From: Fidelibacterota bacterium
Lineage (GTDB): Bacteria > Fidelibacterota > Marinisomatia > Marinisomatales > Marinisomataceae
Reading direction: 5' to 3'
Assembly: GCA_018672235.1 (NCBI GenBank)
Contig: JABHGE010000025.1
Coordinates: 1 to 48,202 of the forward strand
Length of the DNA: 48,202 nucleotides
The notes under the pieces are model-generated. The model did not search any database and was not told where the DNA came from. It was given only the letters and a program-made list of their open reading frames with translations. Of the stretch, positions 1 to 7,643 are shown piece after piece; the first letter of the stretch is position 1, and every line of letters starts with the position of its first letter. The position numbers were made by a program, and so were the translations under genes.

Positions 1-1
1 A

Positions 2-181
2 ATGAATGTTGGTGTTACATGTGGTAAGTGTAAATCAAAAGTTATTGGTAGAAAAGATGATCTAAGTGAAGATGATCTTAAATATAGTTGTGAATGTGGC
101 AATTTAAGAGGGAAGAAAAACTTAAGGAAGAGATGTTCTGATTGCAATACTTTGAATCAGTTTGATTTCAATAGAAAATAA
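2..181 (+). CDS. Small Cys-rich, zinc-ribbon-like protein (59 aa, may start upstream of the window)
   Basis: Manual translation MNVGVTCGKCKSK...YSCECGNL...RCSDCNTLNQFDFNRK* with CxxC, CxC and CxxC; stop overlaps repeat A. Confidence 0.7.
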   Translation: MNVGVTCGKCKSKVIGRKDDLSEDDLKYSCECGNLRGKKNLRKRCSDCNTLNQFDFNRK

Positions 182-234
182 AGATTAATCCTCATCTTAT
201 TATTCCAATAATTATTCCTTATATTTAGTTATGG
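180..234 (+). repeat. 55-bp inter-cassette repeat, copy 1 (motifs A and C)
   Basis: 54/55 identical to 800-854: AAAGATTAATCCTCRTCTTATTATTCCAATAATTATTCCTTATATTTAGTTATGG. Confidence 0.95.
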
Positions 235-401
235 AATGGTTAACAATAGTATTTATTTTAGTTCTTTATTTCTTACCAACTATAAAAGCCTGGGACAGAG
301 ATAACAAAAATCGTATGGCAATATTTGTATTAAATTTGCTCCTTGGTTGGACATTCATAGGTTGGGTAGTTGCTTTAGTTTGGGCATACACCAAAGATTA
401 A
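231..401 (+). CDS. Superinfection immunity protein, T4 Imm-like family (56 aa)
   Basis: Manual translation MEWLTIVFILVLYFLPTIKAWDRDNKNRMAIFVLNLLLGWTFIGWVVALVWAYTKD*; LYFLPT...NLLLGWTxIGWxxALxWA is the family signature. Not in the ORF track. Confidence 0.9.
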   Translation: MEWLTIVFILVLYFLPTIKAWDRDNKNRMAIFVLNLLLGWTFIGWVVALVWAYTKD

Positions 402-457
402 TCCTCATCTCCAATAGATAAACCTTCTTTCATTATTACTCCTTATATTTTGTTATG
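393..457 (+). repeat. Mosaic inter-cassette repeat (motif A 393-410, motif B 414-431, motif C 442-457)
   Basis: A is identical to 180-197, B (ATAGATAAACCTTCTTTC) is identical to 546-563, C is CTTATATTTTGTTATG. Confidence 0.9.
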
Positions 458-553
458 GATTTAACTTCTATTATTATTAGTATCGTTCTGTTCGTAGTCA
501 TACCTGCATTTGTCTTTGTTATGGCTATTATGGTAGACACAGACGATAGATAA
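455..553 (+). CDS. 32-aa single-TM microprotein
   Basis: MDLTSIIISIVLFVVIPAFVFVMAIMVDTDDR*; start lies in motif C, stop lies in motif B. Confidence 0.7.
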   Translation: MDLTSIIISIVLFVVIPAFVFVMAIMVDTDDR

Positions 554-589
554 ACCTTCTTTCTTTTAAACTTCTTATATTTAGTAGTG
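546..589 (+). repeat. Inter-cassette repeat (motif B 546-563, motif C 574-589)
   Basis: 18-bp exact match to 414-431, followed by CTTATATTTAGTAGTG. Confidence 0.85.
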
Positions 590-808
590 AAATCTATTAT
601 TCAAAAGTTCAAAGCATACCTTTTAGCATACCTTTTATTGTCTCCATTCTTACTTCTTGGTGGTTTAGGATTGTATTATTTTTCTAAACTCACAGCGAGT
701 GTTGTATTTGGCAGTGTAATCAAAAATCAGTCCATGACACCACTTTGGATTCTCACAATTATACTTTTTCTATTTATTGCTATAAGTTCTGTTAAATCGA
801 AAGATTAA
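587..808 (+). CDS. 73-aa two-TM small membrane protein
   Basis: ORF track; GTG start in motif C, two hydrophobic segments, ends KD* inside motif A like the Imm ORF. Confidence 0.75.
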   Translation: MKSIIQKFKAYLLAYLLLSPFLLLGGLGLYYFSKLTASVVFGSVIKNQSMTPLWILTIILFLFIAISSVKSKD

Positions 809-854
809 TCCTCGTCTTATTATTCCAATAATTATTCCTTATATTTAGTTATGG
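800..854 (+). repeat. 55-bp inter-cassette repeat, copy 2
   Basis: One mismatch (position 814) versus 180-234. Confidence 0.95.
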
Positions 855-961
855 CTTTAGAAGAAAATGATCATGTGAAATATCGTATGTGGCAAGGTAT
901 GATTGGTTTTGTACTCAAATTATTTTTCATCGTCTTTCTCTTTTGGCTTATAGCAGGTTAA
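851..961 (+). CDS. 36-aa single-TM microprotein
   Basis: MALEENDHVKYRMWQGMIGFVLKLFFIVFLFWLIAG*; start in motif C, stop in partial motif A. Confidence 0.7.
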   Translation: MALEENDHVKYRMWQGMIGFVLKLFFIVFLFWLIAG

Positions 962-970
962 TCCTCATCT
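958..970 (+). repeat. Terminal partial motif A (TTAATCCTCATCT)
   Basis: 13-bp exact match to the motif A core; no motif C follows, so the array ends here. Confidence 0.8.
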
Positions 971-1032
971 TTTTGTCAATATCCTTGAATCTTAGATAAA
1001 AAATCAACATATTATTGTATAATCAGTGCTAT

Positions 1033-1129
1033 AAAGAGGCTGGATAGTTTCCCTTATCGACGAGATTGTGAACACTTGGAAAGCGTGTAAAGTTAATAGC
1101 TTTCGCAGGTTCGAATCCTGTCCTCTCCG
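1033..1129 (+). pseudogene. tRNA-Ser(GGA) remnant: intact 3' half (1075-1129), degenerate 5' half; putative att site
   Basis: Anticodon loop TTGGAAA, long variable arm, T arm GCAGG-TTCGAAT-CCTGT and acceptor strand CCTCTCC-G are present. The 5' side has AAAGAGG instead of GGAGAGG, AACAC instead of CACGC, and no normal D arm. Confidence 0.8.
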
Positions 1130-1140
1130 CAAGTATTTAT

Positions 1141-1380
1141 ATGAACACAACTTTACAAATCAAAGATATAGACAGAATTATTGAAATGGCTTGGGAAGAT
1201 AGAACGCCATTTGAAGCTATTGAATATCAGTTTGGATTAAAGGAAAATGGTGTTCGTAAGATAATGAGAGATACTCTCAAGAGAAGTTCTTTTAAATTAT
1301 GGAGAGAACGAGTCAAAGGAAGAAAGACAAAACATCTCATAACATCAAAATCAACAAGATTTAAATCAAAGAATCAGTAA
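1141..1380 (+). CDS. TIGR03643/DUF2805 family protein
   Basis: DRIIEMAWEDRTPFEAIEYQFGL...SFKLWRERVKGRKTKH signature. Confidence 0.85.
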   Translation: MNTTLQIKDIDRIIEMAWEDRTPFEAIEYQFGLKENGVRKIMRDTLKRSSFKLWRERVKGRKTKHLITSKSTRFKSKNQ

Positions 1381-1441
1381 ATAAAAAAAAATGATAATTA
1401 ATTTTAAAGAAATTGAAAAAAATCATTACTAAGTTTTGTCT

Positions 1442-1873
1442 ATGAAAAATATAATCCCAATCCTATTCCTATCATTAGTTTTTGCACAGGACAGTGGTTA
1501 CGATAAAATAATTGAAGATCATGATAAAGCTGTCCAAGAAATTTTTGATGAACAGATAGTAGATCAAAACAAGAATTTAGAACGTATTTTAGCCAAGGAA
1601 GACTATAGAACATTAACAACTCAAGCTTTAAGTAGCGGCTTAGGGTTTTTTGTATCTTATGCAACAGAGGGTCCCATTCCTTGGATAATTGGCTCTACTA
1701 TAGTACCTCTTATTAAGATACGAAAAATCAATAAGAGTAATGACTCTATAGAGCTTAAAAATGAAAGAAAAAAAAGAGTTAAAAGAAATGCCCAATTGGG
1801 ATCTATTCCTTTTTTTAAGTGGTATATCGTATTATTCCGAACACCTAAAGCAATAATTGATAATATTTCTTAG
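1442..1873 (+). CDS. Hypothetical exported/membrane protein
   Basis: ORF track 1436..1873; ATG 1442 gives the signal peptide MKNIIPILFLSLVFA-Q. Confidence 0.55.
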   Translation: MKNIIPILFLSLVFAQDSGYDKIIEDHDKAVQEIFDEQIVDQNKNLERILAKEDYRTLTTQALSSGLGFFVSYATEGPIPWIIGSTIVPLIKIRKINKSNDSIELKNERKKRVKRNAQLGSIPFFKWYIVLFRTPKAIIDNIS

Positions 1874-1931
1874 TGAATAATCTTAAAAATGAGAGATTAG
1901 GGTTTATTATTGACTCTAAACTGTCAAGCCT

Positions 1932-2465
1932 ATGAAAAAAGTAATTATCGCCTCAAAAAATCCAGTTAAGATTAATGCTACAAAGCTAGCATTTGAGCAG
2001 ATGTTTCCAGAGCAGATTTTTGAATTTGATGGATTGAATGTTCCTTCCAATGTTGGCGATCAACCTTCTACGGACAGTGAAACCTTAGATGGTGCTAAGA
2101 ATCGTTCTAATAATATAAAAATAAAATGTCCAAATGCGGATTATTGGGTTGGTATAGAAGGCGGTATTGAAAAGAAAGACCATCAGACAGAAGTATTTGC
2201 TTGGATGTTTATTCAGTCCAGTATAATAGAAAGTAAATCACGTACTGCTACATTTAATTTACCAAAAAAAATTAGTGAATTAATTGATTCTGGAATGGAG
2301 CTAGGAGATGCGGATGATATTGTATTTAATCGCAAGAATTCAAAACAAAATAATGGGGCGGTAGGTATTTTAACTGGAAACTTAATTGATAGAGAGAAAT
2401 ACTATATTCATGCTATTATTATGGCATTAATCCCATTTAAAAATTTTGAACTTTATCTAAAATGA
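1932..2465 (+). CDS. yjjX: Inosine/xanthosine triphosphatase
   Basis: ASKNPVK, VPSNVGDQP, VGIEGG and ELGDA..KQNNGAVGILT motifs. Confidence 0.9.
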   Translation: MKKVIIASKNPVKINATKLAFEQMFPEQIFEFDGLNVPSNVGDQPSTDSETLDGAKNRSNNIKIKCPNADYWVGIEGGIEKKDHQTEVFAWMFIQSSIIESKSRTATFNLPKKISELIDSGMELGDADDIVFNRKNSKQNNGAVGILTGNLIDREKYYIHAIIMALIPFKNFELYLK

Positions 2466-2477
2466 TTATATTCCGAA

Positions 2478-2666
2478 ATGCTTAAAGCCCTTTCAGAATT
2501 ACGATCCAACACTAAAGAGTTTGGCCTAATGGTTGCTATGAAGATGATGTTTAAGCAATATGGTTGGAAGGTTGGAGTTGCATTATTTATGTATTATTTA
2601 ATTAGAGATGTTATTCTATATATTATCATACCATATCTTGTAGTTCGAGGTTTAGTTGTTGGATAA
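2478..2666 (+). CDS. Small membrane protein
   Basis: 62-aa ORF with hydrophobic C-terminal half; TATATT 5 nt upstream of ATG. Confidence 0.7.
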   Translation: MLKALSELRSNTKEFGLMVAMKMMFKQYGWKVGVALFMYYLIRDVILYIIIPYLVVRGLVVG

Positions 2667-2669
2667 GGT

Positions 2670-3095
2670 ATGAAAGTACCTACAATGCTCAGAAAGTGGC
2701 TTGTATTCCACTTTTACTTCGATTATGCGGTTGCTATACCCATATTCATTGGCGCAGAGCAAATCTCTGTATTTTTTCCTGACTACCCATTAGATACTGT
2801 AGCGCTGAGAATTGTAGCAGCAGCATTGTTTGGTATAGGGTTTAGCTCGCTTCAGGCTTCAGAGTTAGATTATCCTAGCATGGTTAAAAAATTACGTTGG
2901 GCAGTCATTTGGTCTGGAACTGCATGGTTGGGTATTTTTATATCGCTTTTAAATGGAGGACACCCACTCAATTGGCCTTTCTTTATAGTGTTTGTGCTGT
3001 TTAATGTACTATGGTCTTATTATGCATATAAGCTAGGATCGTTTAATAATTTCTTTGGGAGTGTTAAGAAGTTATTATTCTTTGATTTTGACTAA
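2670..3095 (+). CDS. Hypothetical multi-TM membrane protein
   Basis: About four hydrophobic segments; 3 nt after the previous stop. Confidence 0.7.
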   Translation: MKVPTMLRKWLVFHFYFDYAVAIPIFIGAEQISVFFPDYPLDTVALRIVAAALFGIGFSSLQASELDYPSMVKKLRWAVIWSGTAWLGIFISLLNGGHPLNWPFFIVFVLFNVLWSYYAYKLGSFNNFFGSVKKLLFFDFD

Positions 3096-3098
3096 ATA

Positions 3099-3818
3099 TT
3101 ATCTTTCAAGAATACCTGACATAGACATTATATCGAACTTTACTTGAATTTGATCTTTAATAACCTTATCCATTGTAGTTTTTTTTGTAGTTTGCATATC
3201 ATTCCAAAAAGATTGAGCATCATCTAATTTCATTTCAGAACGATATTGAACACCAAAATCTATTCGATTAAATTTCATAGTTCCAGATGCAGATTTAATA
3301 TCAGATCTTAGGTCTACAAGAGCTGTAAATATAACAGGCTTTGTAACAGACTTAATAGTTAAGTCTCCGGAAATTTCCATATTATATTTTCCATTAGATT
3401 GTTTTTCTAAGATTTTTGAATTCCTAATCTTCAAAGAAGCTATAGGGAAGCGTTCAACATCAAAAAAGTCTTGGCTTCTTAGGTGCCCAATTAAGTATTC
3501 TTTTTTACTATCCGAAAGATCAATGTTTGTCATAGACGTCATATTAATTACAATATTTCCAGATATTTTATTGCCTTCACTTAAATAAATATTTCCAGAC
3601 TTTAATTTTAAATTTCCGCTATGATTTTTGTTAACAATCTTTAACCCACCTTCCCATTCTAGGCTACTAGTTCTGCTATTTATAATGATAGTTGGGGCAG
3701 CATTAGCTTTGCGTTCAATCTGCTTTAGCGTTCCAGAACTCTTAAGAGTTTCTTTGTTATTTGCTGATTGTGCCATGATTGGGATTGTAAGACACAATAT
3801 TAATAATATTTTTTTCAT
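3099..3818 (-). CDS. YceI family lipid/polyisoprenoid-binding protein
   Basis: Signal peptide; GHLRSQDFFDVERFP, GDLTIK and NRIDFG motifs. Confidence 0.9.
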   Translation of the reverse strand: MKKILLILCLTIPIMAQSANNKETLKSSGTLKQIERKANAAPTIIINSRTSSLEWEGGLKIVNKNHSGNLKLKSGNIYLSEGNKISGNIVINMTSMTNIDLSDSKKEYLIGHLRSQDFFDVERFPIASLKIRNSKILEKQSNGKYNMEISGDLTIKSVTKPVIFTALVDLRSDIKSASGTMKFNRIDFGVQYRSEMKLDDAQSFWNDMQTTKKTTMDKVIKDQIQVKFDIMSMSGILER

Positions 3819-3913
3819 TAAAGTCCTTTGTTTGCTTTTAAAGTTTTATCTAATAAATTGGTGAGCAAAAAATTACTATATATATACAATTCATACAATT
3901 AAATTTAATATCA

Positions 3914-4000
3914 GGAGGCGTGGCAGAGCGGTTGAATGCACTGGTCTTGAAAACCAGCAAGGGTGAAAGCCCTTCAGAGGTTCGAATCCTCTCGCCTCCG
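3914..4000 (+). tRNA. tRNA-Ser(TGA)
   Basis: Acceptor stem GGAGGCG/CGCCTCC, anticodon arm CTGGT-CTTGAAA-ACCAG, long variable arm, TTCGAAT loop; CCA not encoded. Confidence 0.97.
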
Positions 4001-4002
4001 CA

Positions 4003-5409
4003 ATGAATAAGCCTATTGTCAGATTTGCTCCAAGCCCAACAGGGTACCTCCATATTGGCGGAGCAAGAACAGCTCTTTTTAATTGGTTATATGCCAAAAA
4101 AAATGGCGGAAAATTTCTTCTTAGGATTGAAGATACTGATTTAGAAAGATCAAAATCAGAGTATATCGATCAAATTACTGATGCTTTAAGTTGGTTGGGA
4201 TTTGATTGGGATGATAATATTGTTCTGCAATCAAAGAATAAATTACGCCATCAAGAAGTTGTCAATCAAATGATTCAATCAGGCACAGCTTATAGGTGCT
4301 TTTTATCAAAGGAAGAGCTAGATACGTTGCGTGCAGATTCAGAAAAAAAGAAAAAATTATTTCGAGTTCCAAAAACATATAGAGACTATTCGCTCGAGCA
4401 ACAACAAGCGTTGATAGATCAAGGTAAGTCATCTACGGTTCGTTTAAAAATACCGGATGGTATAACCGAATTTACAGACTTGGTATATGGAAATATTAAA
4501 GTGAATAATAAAGAATTAGACGACTTCATTATTGCAAGATCTGATGGATCTCCAACTTATAATTTTGTTGTAGCTATAGATGATTCTGATATGAACATTT
4601 CCCATGTCATAAGAGGGGATGATCATTTAGCGAATACACCAAAACAAATACTAGTTTATAATGCATTGAGATTGACACCACCTACATTTGCTCACATGCC
4701 TATGATTTTAGGTTCTGATAAGAAAAGATTGAGTAAAAGACATGCAGCTACTAATGTCCAAGAGTATAGAGAAAAAGGATTTACTGCTACAGCGATGATT
4801 AACTACCTTTCTTTATTAGGCTGGAATCCAGATTCAGATCAAGAAATATTCAACGTAGCTGACTTGATAAGTGCTTTTAATTTTAATCAAGTTCAGAAAA
4901 AACCAGCTACCTTTGATGAAAAGAAATTATTATGGGTTTCTGGTCAACAGATGGCCACTATGAATACTAAAATTGCTATAAGCGAACTTGAGTCTTTGAG
5001 CAATAAATGGGGGTTAAATCAAGATCTTAAGTATAAAAATGATGTGGTTGATTTAATCAAAGATAGATCAAAAACATTAAATGACTTAATTGAGATTTCA
5101 GATGTATTCTTTAACGAGGATATTATATATGATAAAGATATGAGCCTGAAGATATTAGACCAAAGTTCTGTACAAATACTAACAGACCTATATGAAGCTT
5201 TAAAAATAGAAGAGGGTTGGAAAAGAGATATACTTGAATCTATTTTTGACAATTTAATGACTCAACATGAATTAGGATTAGGAAAACTTATCAAACCAGT
5301 ACGATTTGCATTAACAGGTCTTGGTTATGGGCCTGGAATATTTGATATGATGCTTTTGCTTGGAAAAGATAGATGTTTGCTTCGCTTGTCGGGAGCACTT
5401 AAATTATAG
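4003..5409 (+). CDS. gltX: Glutamate--tRNA ligase
   Basis: RFAPSPTGYLHIGGAR, LRIEDTD and KRLSKRH motifs; 468 aa. Confidence 0.97.
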   Translation: MNKPIVRFAPSPTGYLHIGGARTALFNWLYAKKNGGKFLLRIEDTDLERSKSEYIDQITDALSWLGFDWDDNIVLQSKNKLRHQEVVNQMIQSGTAYRCFLSKEELDTLRADSEKKKKLFRVPKTYRDYSLEQQQALIDQGKSSTVRLKIPDGITEFTDLVYGNIKVNNKELDDFIIARSDGSPTYNFVVAIDDSDMNISHVIRGDDHLANTPKQILVYNALRLTPPTFAHMPMILGSDKKRLSKRHAATNVQEYREKGFTATAMINYLSLLGWNPDSDQEIFNVADLISAFNFNQVQKKPATFDEKKLLWVSGQQMATMNTKIAISELESLSNKWGLNQDLKYKNDVVDLIKDRSKTLNDLIEISDVFFNEDIIYDKDMSLKILDQSSVQILTDLYEALKIEEGWKRDILESIFDNLMTQHELGLGKLIKPVRFALTGLGYGPGIFDMMLLLGKDRCLLRLSGALKL

Positions 5410-5411
5410 CG

Positions 5412-5888
5412 ATGATTCGTTTATTTATTCTATTTTGTTTATCAGTTAATTTATATTCTCAAACTAATTTTCCAAATGCTACAGTACGTTCAATGGATAA
5501 TAAAACTATCAGTCTTCATAACTTAACAGCTGAGGTATCGTTTGTTAGTTTTTGGGCAACATGGTGCCTTCCATGTGTTAAAGAGATTGATAAATTGAAT
5601 GAATTTATTCACGAATATAGCAATATATCTGTCATATTGATTAATGAAGATAGGCCTGGAGATAAGGCTAAGGTAAAGGGATTTATTCGTTCAAAAAAAT
5701 ACCCAATTGATGACAATTATCACGTCGTATTTGATACTAATAGTAAGTTATCTAGGCAATTTAATGCTCAACCAATCCCCCTAACTTTGATTGTTAAAAA
5801 TAATAAGGTTATTTATCGTAAGCGTGGTTTCTATCTTGGTGATGAGGTTGAATTGAAAAAACAATTGGATAAAGCGTTGAATGATTAA
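5412..5888 (+). CDS. TlpA-family thiol-disulfide oxidoreductase
   Basis: FWATWCLPC motif, IP cis-Pro loop, signal peptide. Confidence 0.9.
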   Translation: MIRLFILFCLSVNLYSQTNFPNATVRSMDNKTISLHNLTAEVSFVSFWATWCLPCVKEIDKLNEFIHEYSNISVILINEDRPGDKAKVKGFIRSKKYPIDDNYHVVFDTNSKLSRQFNAQPIPLTLIVKNNKVIYRKRGFYLGDEVELKKQLDKALND

Positions 5889-7596
5889 GAGAGTATTTAT
5901 TAATATTCTTTTACTTGGATGTTCTTACAGTCAAGGAGTAGCTATTGATACTTCAAATCAAATATCTGCACGATATGGTGATAGCGATAATGATTATAAT
6001 TATAGTGAAATATATCTCGATACAAGACTATCTATTGATCGATCAAATTATCGACTAGAATCAATTTTTACTTTTGAGATAAGCGATCCTCCCGAAATTG
6101 GCTTAAATGAGCAGGGTCTTCGCAATTTCCTGCTTGGAATCTATAATGATAACTTTTCATTCGAAGTCGGTGATGTATACCAAACATGGGGAAGAGGACT
6201 TCTTTTAAATCAGTTAGATTATCAGAGTTTAGATTTTGATACAGGTTCAAGGGGTTTGGGTATGCAATTTCGTAATGAATTTAGAGAGTTGAATATTATC
6301 GCTGGGAATACCAGTAGTCGTAAGAGCACGACAGTATTAGGTCAATACGATCCTAGAATACCTAATTATTTTGTAGATCAATTTATCTATGGAGCAGATA
6401 TTAATTTTAGTCTTCGAGAATCTAATGTCGGCGCATCTTTGTTGGTGGTAGATGAAGATGAAAGATTTCTTTCGCATACTTTAACTAATCTGCGTATAGA
6501 TAAATCGTATAAAAATGGTGAGTTTTTTATGTCCGCTATTAATAAGGTTTCTGAAAAAGATGTATATCCATTGGAGGTTTTTTATCCTAAAAAAGATGGT
6601 GGAGGTTTTTACATATCCAACACTAATTACTTAAAAGATTGGGCATTGACTTCGAGTTATCGAAAGTTTTCAATCGATATAAATAATCCAGGAAATCGAG
6701 ATAATATAGTAGATAATTATGGACAAGCATTAGATATTCAACGCTCACCAAGCGGTTTTTATCAGCACACATTTAGATTGCTAAGTAGAAATTCAAAAGA
6801 AGTGAATCTTAATGATGAGGTTGGATTAGAGATCCAATTATTAGGTCCTATTAATCAAAATGCTAATATTTCAATCAATTATATGAAGTCAAGTAGTTCA
6901 AAGCAATGGTATAACGGGGAAGACATACTTATAGGTGAATGGTTTAGCGATAATAATTCTTTTCTACCTTCAAGTAGGCAAAGTTCATACCCATTTGAAG
7001 AAATATTTATTGAGTTTAGCGGATATAATCCAGGTAGAAATATTTTTTATAAAGTTGGCGCAGATTTTCAACAGCAAGTGTTTAATGTTTTATCTAATTC
7101 AGCAGAAGTCAAATCTTTTGAAATAACTGAATCCTTTACAGTTCCATTTTTAGTAAGCGTTGTTGTAAGTCCATTATGGAATATTGAGGTTCAGTTAGAG
7201 TTACAAAAACTTAAAACAGGATTTGATACTACTATTATATCGGATATTGATGGAATTGACAACAACTATTCCTTTCATTCACTTTTGGATGAAGACTATC
7301 AAAAAAATCTATTCTTAGCATTATCAGCAAATTATAATCAAAAATGGTCTTTTAATGTTGCTCATGAATCGACAAATAGCGATGAATCTTTTTTCGATAA
7401 CGGTCAAAGCAATTCATTCGATAGTTCCAATGAATGGAATGCAATGTCTATGGCATATAAGTTTGATTCTGACCATACGCTTGAATTATTTTATGGTTCT
7501 ATACGCGGTGGGCTTGATTGTACTAATGGCGTATGTCGATATATACAGGCATTTGATGATGGTATAAGAATTGACTACAGCCATAATTTAGACTAA
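5881..7596 (+). CDS. DUF6029-like outer-membrane protein
   Basis: GDVYQTWGRGLLL and C-terminal RGGLDCTNGVCRY motifs; lies between TlpA and Omp28 genes. Confidence 0.7.
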   Translation: MIKRVFINILLLGCSYSQGVAIDTSNQISARYGDSDNDYNYSEIYLDTRLSIDRSNYRLESIFTFEISDPPEIGLNEQGLRNFLLGIYNDNFSFEVGDVYQTWGRGLLLNQLDYQSLDFDTGSRGLGMQFRNEFRELNIIAGNTSSRKSTTVLGQYDPRIPNYFVDQFIYGADINFSLRESNVGASLLVVDEDERFLSHTLTNLRIDKSYKNGEFFMSAINKVSEKDVYPLEVFYPKKDGGGFYISNTNYLKDWALTSSYRKFSIDINNPGNRDNIVDNYGQALDIQRSPSGFYQHTFRLLSRNSKEVNLNDEVGLEIQLLGPINQNANISINYMKSSSSKQWYNGEDILIGEWFSDNNSFLPSSRQSSYPFEEIFIEFSGYNPGRNIFYKVGADFQQQVFNVLSNSAEVKSFEITESFTVPFLVSVVVSPLWNIEVQLELQKLKTGFDTTIISDIDGIDNNYSFHSLLDEDYQKNLFLALSANYNQKWSFNVAHESTNSDESFFDNGQSNSFDSSNEWNAMSMAYKFDSDHTLELFYGSIRGGLDCTNGVCRYIQAFDDGIRIDYSHNLD

Positions 7597-7643
7597 CTTT
7601 GTTAGACTTGTAAAAGAATCACTTTCTGGGGAAGGAAAAAATA

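Larger units (their letters stand above)
1..1130. mobile_element. Probable right end of an element integrated at tRNA-Ser(GGA); extends beyond the left window edge
   Basis: Phage-type Imm gene, repeat-separated small ORFs and a terminal tRNA 3'-half. No integrase is visible in the window, so this is inference. Confidence 0.55.

Noticed and set aside
180..970. CRISPR array
   Set aside because: Spacers are about 100-220 nt, variable in length and protein-coding; repeats are modular; no cas genes in the window.
180..970. Classical integron attC cassettes
   Set aside because: No RYYYAAC...GTTRRRY boxes or long imperfect hairpins, and no intI in the window.
1033..1129. Functional tRNA-Ser(GGA)
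   Set aside because: Acceptor stem pairs 5/7, anticodon stem 3/5, and the D-arm region is about 10 nt too long with no normal stem.
3850..4097. Minus-strand ORFs 3850..4053 and 3891..4097
   Set aside because: Antisense to tRNA-Ser and the gltX start; typical tRNA shadow ORFs.
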